Shown piece after piece: positions 1-7,537 of a stretch of 35,764 nucleotides of DNA; within the stretch, counting starts at the first letter, position 1, and every line of letters begins with the position of its first letter. The translations under genes were made by a program, and so were the position numbers. The notes under the pieces were generated by a model. That model was not told the origin of the DNA. It ran no database searches and was given only the letters and a program-made list of their open reading frames with translations. Where the stretch lies: positions 1 to 35,764 of the forward strand of contig JBFLYA010000010.1 of assembly GCA_040757115.1 (NCBI GenBank), read 5' to 3'. The DNA is from a bacterium. GTDB taxonomy: Bacteria; UBA9089; CG2-30-40-21; SBAY01.

Positions 1-122
1 TTCCACAATCAATTTCTACCTATTTCTATAAATTTCAATCTATTTCTATTATCTTATCTCCATATCACTCTTATCTCCTTATCCCCTTTCTTACACTTTT
101 GATATATAGCCTGAACGGTTAC
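1..122 (-). mobile_element. Partial reverse copy of the 237-bp IS66-like MITE (MITE-A), cut by the window edge
   Basis: Reverse complement of the first 122 bp of 15028-15264 and 33425-33661; ends in CCTGAACGGTTAC. Confidence 0.9.
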
Positions 123-290
123 AAATAATTTAAAAACAGATAGATTGGAATAAGTAATGGCAATATCTGCTGATAATAGACAATCACCAGTGTGTAATAT
201 GTCATAATCATCAAAACCTACATGCAGTAACAAAGTGAAGTCTCTCGGATAAAATTAGAAAAGTAATCAATCAGGAATTTTAGATTTTTG

Positions 291-522
291 GTAACTATTC
301 ACCATAGAGACACTCAAGACACAGAGGAATAGAGAGAAGAATAATTTTTTCTTTTGTGTTTTTCGCGTTTTTTTGGTATTTAAAAAGGCTTATAACAGAT
401 TGACAAAATCACTGCTCGAAAGCAAGTATTAAAAGCTCAATAAACAACGAAAGATACGAAAGGTGCGAAAGAGAGAATGTGGTAACCGTTCACCGCAGAG
501 ACACAGAGACGCAGAGAAAAAA
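291..522 (+). mobile_element. Nested/truncated IS66-like MITE remnants
   Basis: GTAACTATTCACC at 291 and GTAACCGTTCACCGCAGAGAC at 482; the interior is homologous to the interior of 10814-11059. Confidence 0.7.
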
Positions 523-708
523 TTCGACCTGTGCGGTTAGGTTTAAATAAAATGCAAGAAGCAGATATTCAATGCTACAAACAGGTCGCTCCTACGGAGC
601 TAATTTGATGTTGAGACGATAAATCTATAAACATCTCGCCCTTACAGGGCTGAATATACTTTATAAACTCCGTTAGGAGTGATATATTTGTAGACTGCAC
701 AGGTGGAA
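523..708. repeat. Inverted-repeat-bounded element containing REP-like units
   Basis: TTCGACCTGTGC (523-534) / GCACAGGTGGAA (697-708); internal units such as GCTCCTACGGAGC and CTCCGTTAGGAG; related lone ends CCTATTTCACAGGTCGAA near 2758-2775 and 13053-13070. Confidence 0.6.
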
Positions 709-803
709 ATTTTGGGGGTAAAGAGAAAGTTCAGAGTGTATGAAGACCAATAAAATCAACGCTCAATTTTATCCGAGAGCGTTCAAGGTATAGAAGGAGC
801 ATC

Positions 804-1808
804 ATGTTCTATAAGATTCAAAATCATCTGAAGCTAATTCTAAATTATAAACTCCAAAAGAAAGTTGTTTCTCATATGCCAAGGACTATATGGATTGAAC
901 CCACCAATTATTGCAATCTTAAATGCATCATGTGTCCTCAAATGATAAATGAGGTTGGAGAACGGGGTTTCATGGAGTTTGATCTCTTTAAGAAAATTAT
1001 TGATCAATGTTCTCAATTTCAACCAGTTATACAACTTTTTATGGGAGGAGAACCGCTACTTCACAAAGATATTGTAAAAATGATACACTATATTAAAAAG
1101 AATGGATTGAAGGTATTACTTGCTACAAACGCAACTCTTCTTAATCAATCTTTATCCTTGAACTTAATAAATTCAGGTATCGATTGTCTGGTATTTTCTT
1201 TTGATGGTTATGATAAAACAAGCTATGAGAAGATAAGGGTAGGTGCAGATTTTGATAAAACGCTCGGAAACATTATGAGTTTCCTTGAGATGAGAAAGAA
1301 ATCAGGAAAGAATAAACCAAAAATAACACTATATAGCCTATGTTTGGATACAGAAAAGACATCTGAAGAAGAAATGGCAGAGTATAAAAAGTTACATAAG
1401 GAATTAGAAAAAATGCATGTTGATAGGTTTATTGTTGGAGAAGCTGGACCTTGGGCAGGCAAGTTTGATTATACAAGTAAATTTAAAATTAGAAAACATG
1501 GTTCCCGCTTCATTCCCTGTCCGAGGATATGGGATGACATGGCAATTCGATGGGACGGAAAAGTTGTTCCATGTTGCGCAGATCTTAGAGGAGATGTTAT
1601 TTTGGGAGAGGTAGATAAATTGAAACTTAAAGAGATATGGAATGGAGAACGACTCGTAGCGTTGAGAGAGATGATGATAAAAAAAAAGTATCAAGAAATT
1701 GCCTTATGCAGAAATTGTGATGAGCCTTTTCCTCTATCAAACATGATAACATGGGGACTGCCAAATAGTTATATCCCTGTATCCATACTAAGAATAATCC
1801 ATTCCTAA
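804..1808 (+). CDS. Radical SAM protein with C-terminal SPASM/twitch domain
   Basis: CNLKCIMC (CxxxCxxC), GGEPLLH, TNA motif, C-terminal CPRIW..DGKVVPCC..LG..CRNC; AAGGAG RBS before the ATG. Confidence 0.9.
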   Translation: MFYKIQNHLKLILNYKLQKKVVSHMPRTIWIEPTNYCNLKCIMCPQMINEVGERGFMEFDLFKKIIDQCSQFQPVIQLFMGGEPLLHKDIVKMIHYIKKNGLKVLLATNATLLNQSLSLNLINSGIDCLVFSFDGYDKTSYEKIRVGADFDKTLGNIMSFLEMRKKSGKNKPKITLYSLCLDTEKTSEEEMAEYKKLHKELEKMHVDRFIVGEAGPWAGKFDYTSKFKIRKHGSRFIPCPRIWDDMAIRWDGKVVPCCADLRGDVILGEVDKLKLKEIWNGERLVALREMMIKKKYQEIALCRNCDEPFPLSNMITWGLPNSYIPVSILRIIHS

Positions 1809-1887
1809 TATCTTTATTTCGAGCAACCACAAGTGTTTACTTCCTATTAACCCAACTTCGCCTCTTAAAAAAATAAGTCTTGTATTA

Positions 1888-2190
1888 TCAACAGGTTACA
1901 GAACAGAGAGGTTGAGTTTTGGCACTACAGTATGAATCCCCATAAAATGATTTGACTGTTTTCCCTGGTTGATAAGGTAACTCCAGGGCATTATAAATCT
2001 CTTGATGAGATAATTCAGCCTTTGAGGATTTTCTTATCTGAATCAATTGACCATCCTTCCTTTTCAGGGTTGTGGTTATCCGGACTTGCGTCGACAATAT
2101 CTGGCGAATCCTTGACCAATTATCTTGTATCCCTTTTCGTCGTCCCTTGAAACGAATGGTCTGTCCGATAGGATAAGCAATCACCGTAAT
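1888..2190 (-). pseudogene. IS1634-family transposase C-terminal fragment
   Basis: WSRIRQILSTQVRITTTLKRKDGQLIQIRKSSKAELSHQEIYNALEL resembles IS1634 transposase C-termini; no DDE core; the listed ORF start lies inside a MITE. Confidence 0.7.
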
Positions 2191-2235
2191 ATTGTAATCT
2201 TTAACAATCTTTCTGTCTAATTTGTTAAAAATTTC

Positions 2236-2477
2236 GTAACCGTTCACCGCAGAGACGCAGAGGAACAGAGAAGACATGGAAATAAATCAGATAACAGAAA
2301 AGATTATTGATGCAATCATTGTCCTACATAGGACATCAAAACCAAATTTGTTAATCAATCATGATATGTCGGTCCTCAAAAGCTTGCACTGATGAAAATC
2401 CGTGATGGAATTCTGCGTCTGGTAAATAGTTTTTAATTTTTTCTCTGCGTCTCTGTGTCTCTGCGGTGAACGGTTAC
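2236..2477. mobile_element. IS66-like MITE carrying a GxxExxY remnant
   Basis: Terminal inverted repeats GTAACCGTTCACCGCAGAGAC / GTCTCTGCGGTGAACGGTTAC; no target duplication visible. Confidence 0.8.
2276..2436 (+). pseudogene. Internally deleted GxxExxY-family gene
   Basis: MEINQITEKIIDAIIVLHRT (typical N-terminus), then LLINHDMSVLK, then RDGILRLVNSF* in another frame (typical C-terminus); the central GxxExxY core is missing. Confidence 0.65.
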
Positions 2478-3250
2478 GACTATAGATTCTATTTATGCAG
2501 GAAATTAGTGACATTTGGGAAACCATCCTCAAAACTCTACTCCCTGAATTTTTCCTAATCCTTACCTATGTCAGTGACAGTGACAGTGTCAGTGAAGAAA
2601 CTCCTTCAACTCATCCAACACTTCCAACTCTTTCTACTCTTTCAACTCTTCCAGCAGAAGTATAGGCAGGTCTCCCAAGCCTTCATTCTTCTGCAATTTC
2701 TGCCCGTTTTAGTCTGAGGTCTGATGTCTATAGTCTACTGTCTGAATCACACTTCAACCTATTTCACAGGTCGAAAAATTTTATGCTTCCCATAAGATTT
2801 TGCCACTACAAATGGATTTTTTAAATATTTAATTTTCTAACTCATTGATATTATTGATATTTCATTTTTAAAAATGGCAAAAATTAGACCAAAATGGTCG
2901 TTTTAGTATGAAGTTGGGTCAAGATAATCGCAAAGTTATAACCGACTTCCTTATTTTTCAATGGGTTTGGAAACTTATCCCTCTTAAAATTGTCAAAGTC
3001 AGGAAAAAATTTAAAAAAATCCTTGACTTCTATATGGTAGTCTAACCTGTTACGGAAATCAGTTCTGAAGAGTAAATTTTTAGGATTCTTCTTTTTAAGA
3101 TACGCTTTGGGTACAAGATGATATGTTAACTTAAAAATGCGAAACTTGGGTTATGATAAAATATCCTGCCCATCGGCAAAGAAAATGGTAACACCCAAAT
3201 GCCGAAGATATGATATTTAGGCAAAGTGGTAAAAGTTTGTAAATCTTACA

Positions 3251-3919
3251 TCAAGAAGATTTCTCAAATGTGACACATACATTGCCCATCAATTTTTTGA
3301 TATTCATAGTGGAAATAATTTTGTCGTAGAATCTGCCCAATATGTCCAGAAGGACGAATCTATGGAGATAGAGTTCGACAAATGAGTAGTATTTTATATT
3401 AATTAAACGGAGCCCCGCTGACTCAAATATCTTAACTAATTTTCTAATACTGCTGTATGTATAATAAGTTTTCCATGATTCTTCACCTCTTACCATTTTA
3501 TGAAACCATAAAGGTGTTAATTTCGACAGGATAAATTCTGGTGCAGTAGGATTTGGAATAGATGCGACAAAAATACCGGATGGTTTTAAAACTCGATAAA
3601 TTTCACGAGAAGTTTTGTTTAAGTCTATAATATGTTCTAATACATAACTAGCAAATACTGCCAGATATTTGTTTGATTCTACTGGGAACATCGATTCAAT
3701 CGAGCACTGCCAACATTTATCTACACATGGATGAACTAATGCACAATCATTTATATCAACACGGTCACAAATATAATTGCATCCAGCATGAATTAGATGG
3801 TTTTCAATAAAAAGATTTTTGCCGGCACCAATATTCAAGATTCGAGGAGTATCTTCTTTCTCCTTCTGTAAAACTCTAATGAGTTGTTTTATAAGACAGT
3901 GTTGAGCAGGTGTTTCCAT
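3251..3919 (-). CDS. Class I SAM-dependent methyltransferase
   Basis: ILNIGAG motif I, YVLEHI, EIYRVLKPSGIFVASIPN. Confidence 0.85.
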   Translation of the reverse strand: METPAQHCLIKQLIRVLQKEKEDTPRILNIGAGKNLFIENHLIHAGCNYICDRVDINDCALVHPCVDKCWQCSIESMFPVESNKYLAVFASYVLEHIIDLNKTSREIYRVLKPSGIFVASIPNPTAPEFILSKLTPLWFHKMVRGEESWKTYYTYSSIRKLVKIFESAGLRLINIKYYSFVELYLHRFVLLDILGRFYDKIISTMNIKKLMGNVCVTFEKSS

Positions 3920-4187
3920 AAATTATTCGAACTGTGCGGTTATCTTTTCAACTCCAGATTGGAGGGCGACATTATACGCTCCGATAGGGTCTATCATCCT
4001 TACTACTATGAATTCCTCCGATTTCCTGCAGCCCCCGGTGCTCTCCTGATTAGAGATGATATTTCGTAGTCAGAATTGCTGCCTTCCGCCCGTTGCACAG
4101 CCCCGACTTTCCTCCTTCCTTTCGCCATGGCTTATCCTAATTCTTCTGCAATTCTATGAAGATATTTTTTGATATAGTTGTTTTCGC

Positions 4188-5645
4188 CTAATTTCTTTTT
4201 AGTGTGCGTAGCAGGCGCATAAGTGCCATTTCCGGCATCCAATTATAAAATCTTTTTTTACACCGCCAGGTGGCTATCAAAGTATATAATTGAACTACTA
4301 TTTTAAGTAGTCCTGTTACTTTGTCTTCCACATCTAAAAATCCTGAGAGTTCAGATACCCGTTCCAGGAATTTGCGGTGTTCATCTGACAAATATGTCAG
4401 GTTAACATGGTTATAATCATAATTTGACCAGTCCTCGAGGCGCTGTGGAAATTTATTTCCCATTTCCTTGCATCGTTCAAACAAATCAGTACCAGGCATA
4501 GGAACAAATAGGGACAACTTGTATAGTTTTGCCTGTGGATTTTCTTCTCGCAGTCGAACCATGAGTTTGAGGGTTTGTTCCACCTCTTGCCGTGTTTCAT
4601 CTGGCAATCCTGCCATGAAACTGTATACCGGGATAATCCCGGCATCACGCAAGTTTCTATTGATTTCCAACACCTGTTCTACCTTGATGTCTTTATATAT
4701 GCTGTTGAGTACCCGGTCAGAGCCAGATTCAACCCCTACGAAGATTTGTTCTACACCAGCCCGACGCATCAGTTGAAGGAATTCTGATGAACTTCTGTGC
4801 AGAAAGTCAACTCGACAGTTAGCATTGTAAATGTGAACTCCCAAACCACTTTCAATAAGCATTTTAAAAATTTGTTCTACTCGATGACGGCTGCCAAAGA
4901 AGTTATCATCCAGAAGGAAAATACCGCCGGCATTATAATTTTTCACCAAATTGGTAATTTGTTCTATCACTTTCTCAGGGGACATACCACGCCAGGAAGA
5001 TTGGTAGAATTTTGTATTATAACAATATGCACAACGAAACTTGCAACCGCGGCTGGTAATAATTGGCAAACTGGCTCTCTTGATTCGTAACGGCTGTGTT
5101 TGATAACTGCTCAAGTCTAACAGGTCATAAGGTAAAGGAGGCAATTGCTCAAGGTCATACAGAGGAGGAGGATTAGTGGAAACTATTTTCCCATTTTTGC
5201 TGTAGCAAATTCCTGGCACATTAGACCATTCTTTTCTTTCCTCCAAAGCCTTGATTAATTCAGAAAAAGATATTTCTCCTTCTCCAACACAGACAATATC
5301 TACCATCTCGGATTGGACTATCTGTTCTGGTAGCAAACTGGGATGAACTCCACCCCAGACGATAGGGAGCTCTGGTGCCATTTTTCTGACGGCTTGAGCT
5401 ATCTCCATAGCGTGCCCAATTTGTGGGCCGGTCATAGTAGTAATACCAACCGCCAAAGTCTGAGGTTTGTTCACGGCGCGACGCAATACATCACGCCACC
5501 CCGGTTCTTTTCGTTGGTCAATGATGGTTACAGAATGCCCCTTTTGAACAAGTGGTGCGGCTACATAGAGTAAGCCCAATGGCAAAATTTGCTCACTGGA
5601 TTTAGTGTAACCTGTATGAGGGAAAAGTAAAACTATGTGTCCCAA
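4188..5645 (-). CDS. Cobalamin-dependent (class B) radical SAM protein
   Basis: LPLGLLYVAA, IVWGGVHPS, GEGE B12-binding domain; TSRGCKFRCAYC; DDNF; GVESGS. Start moved to TTG at 5645 (AGGAG 7 nt upstream) because the longer ORF start lies in repeat DNA. Confidence 0.9.
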   Translation of the reverse strand: MGHIVLLFPHTGYTKSSEQILPLGLLYVAAPLVQKGHSVTIIDQRKEPGWRDVLRRAVNKPQTLAVGITTMTGPQIGHAMEIAQAVRKMAPELPIVWGGVHPSLLPEQIVQSEMVDIVCVGEGEISFSELIKALEERKEWSNVPGICYSKNGKIVSTNPPPLYDLEQLPPLPYDLLDLSSYQTQPLRIKRASLPIITSRGCKFRCAYCYNTKFYQSSWRGMSPEKVIEQITNLVKNYNAGGIFLLDDNFFGSRHRVEQIFKMLIESGLGVHIYNANCRVDFLHRSSSEFLQLMRRAGVEQIFVGVESGSDRVLNSIYKDIKVEQVLEINRNLRDAGIIPVYSFMAGLPDETRQEVEQTLKLMVRLREENPQAKLYKLSLFVPMPGTDLFERCKEMGNKFPQRLEDWSNYDYNHVNLTYLSDEHRKFLERVSELSGFLDVEDKVTGLLKIVVQLYTLIATWRCKKRFYNWMPEMALMRLLRTLKRN

Positions 5646-5649
5646 TCCT

Positions 5650-6075
5650 TTTCTCCTGGAAATAGGAAGTAGAGAGTAGAAAGTAGAGAGTAGAAAGTAA
5701 GGAAAGACAAGCCTTTTCTTTCTCTTTCTACCCTCTAGTATTTTCATCCTCCTATGTGCCGACTTGTCGGCATGTCCGTTCTCCTGAAAATGTAAAATGG
5801 GACGCAGATTTTCGCAGATGAACAGGATTAAAATTAATTTTTTATTATTGTATTTCTATAGTTATTTCCTTATTGTTTCTTGATGTTTTTAGTGCTTTAG
5901 TGGTTTTTCTTTAAAATCCTGTTAATCCTGTAAATCTGCGTCCTATTAATTTTCATCCCCCTTTGTGCCCACTCCCTGTAGGCATGAGCGTTTCTCCTGA
6001 AAATACTTTTTTCACCGCACAGACGCAGAGGAAACCACAGAGATATTTTTAAAATTATTTCTTCTCTGTATCTCT
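5650..6075. repeat. Cassette-like array: ~52-56-bp conserved units separated by different hairpin spacers
   Basis: Half unit TTTCTCCTGGAAAT (5650-5663); full units ATTTTCATCC...CATG..CGTT(T)CTCCTGAAAAT at 5740-5791 and 5949-6004; three unrelated repeat-rich spacers. Confidence 0.7.
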
Positions 6076-7523
6076 GGTTTATCACTTTCTTGCTTTTGAT
6101 TCCAAAAATGAATGGCAAATATCATTGCCGCAAGTGTCCAAAAAACACGGACAGTAGTATTTATTCGCAAGTTCCAGTCCCCCACTCCCTGAACTAATAT
6201 TGCAATGAAGCCCGCAAGAGAACCCAAATTAATTGCATTCAACAGATTATCTTTACCTTTAAGGTTTGAAATTCCTACCCTGATGACCATAAAACAGATG
6301 GATAAGAATAAGAGTATTCCAAAGATACCCTGTTCGGCGAAAATCAATAGGTAAATATTATGAACCGGCGGGTCCATTTTCCCCCACTGTATACCGGAAT
6401 AGTCATAATCCGACATTACAAAGGTAAAAGAATTTAAACCTGTGCCCCACCAAAAATTCGATTGTATCATCCGCCAGGCAATGTACATACATTCAACCCG
6501 GGAACTAATTGATGCTGGATCGCTAAGAATAAACTTTTGGATTATAGTCCCTGAAAATAAAAGTCCAATGACCAATGCAGAGCCCAAGATAAATATCAGT
6601 GTAATAATTCTCTGGCGACCCACTGCTGGACGTAAGAACAATATTACCATAACGGAGGTTGCGAAACTAATCCAACCACCACGAGAAAGCGTTAATATGA
6701 GTGCCATTTCTCCAAATACCAGAATGGCTATACATAGTGCCTTGTACCAAATCGAGATTCGGACAAATATCAAGATAAATGCCAGAGGTAGTAACATTAC
6801 AAGATACCCAGCAAATATATTTGGATGACCTAACATCGCCCCGACCCTGCTGGCGGTTCTCATTCCCAGTTCTTCAGTAACCATTTCGGGAGATTGACCC
6901 AGTCGCTGGAGTGGAAGGTTCAATCCACAAAAATGTTGCATCAATCCATATATTATCTGCAAGAATACCCCTATCATCAATGCCGCGACAACCAATTTTA
7001 TCTGATTACGAGTTTTTCCATAATTGACAAGATATATAAAAAGTAACAACATTTTTGTCATAGAGATAATTTCATAAGCGGCCATAGTGCGATAGGGGGA
7101 AAAAATTATGCTCCCAAGTCCCAAAATGATGAGCAATAACCAAAATATCGCTACCGCAGGTATTTGAATTGATAACCGTCTGGTGATAAAGTCTTTAATC
7201 AAATATGCATACAATATGACGAGAAACAAATCTGTTACCTCGATACGCAATGCCCATTCTCCACCAAAGTGAGGGTAATATTTCAAGAATTTAGACAAAC
7301 TCAATGGGAGAACCATGAGCAGTCCAATGAGAAAAAAAACTCGTGGGTTTCCCGAAAGTATGGCGATTACAGAAATGAATAAACTTAACAAAACAGAATA
7401 ACCGATAATTGGAGTGTTTTCAAAAGCAACAATCAATACTATGCACCCTATAATAGAAAAAAGAAAGATTAGAATTATATTGCCTGGAATTTTATGAGAA
7501 TATCGTACCTGGAGATGATTCAT
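6012..7523 (-). CDS. O-antigen ligase/Wzy-like polymerase family membrane protein
   Basis: Multiple TM helices; RVGAMLGHPNIFAGYL, TLSRGGW, GTGLNSF and PVHNIYLLIFAEQGIFG motifs. Confidence 0.85.
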   Translation of the reverse strand: MNHLQVRYSHKIPGNIILIFLFSIIGCIVLIVAFENTPIIGYSVLLSLFISVIAILSGNPRVFFLIGLLMVLPLSLSKFLKYYPHFGGEWALRIEVTDLFLVILYAYLIKDFITRRLSIQIPAVAIFWLLLIILGLGSIIFSPYRTMAAYEIISMTKMLLLFIYLVNYGKTRNQIKLVVAALMIGVFLQIIYGLMQHFCGLNLPLQRLGQSPEMVTEELGMRTASRVGAMLGHPNIFAGYLVMLLPLAFILIFVRISIWYKALCIAILVFGEMALILTLSRGGWISFATSVMVILFLRPAVGRQRIITLIFILGSALVIGLLFSGTIIQKFILSDPASISSRVECMYIAWRMIQSNFWWGTGLNSFTFVMSDYDYSGIQWGKMDPPVHNIYLLIFAEQGIFGILLFLSICFMVIRVGISNLKGKDNLLNAINLGSLAGFIAILVQGVGDWNLRINTTVRVFWTLAAMIFAIHFWNQKQESDKPEIQRRNNFKNISVVSSASVR

Positions 7524-7537
7524 AAGATCTATTTCCC

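Larger units (their letters stand above)
1851..2918 (-). mobile_element. Deleted IS1634-like insertion sequence shell with nested elements
   Basis: Inverted ends CCCAACTTC (1851) / GAAGTTGGG (2910-2918); subterminal TTTG[G/C]CACTACA motifs near 1918 and 2800; transposase C-terminal fragment inside. Confidence 0.6.

Noticed and set aside
4099-4114. RNase P RNA-like motif GAGGAAAGTCGGGGCT on the minus strand
   Set aside because: The downstream conserved RNase P motifs are not visible; probably a chance match.
5650-6075. CRISPR array or integron attC array
   Set aside because: Units are divergent, spacers are long, unequal and repetitive, there is no GTTRRRY/RYYYAAC pair, and no cas or intI gene is present.
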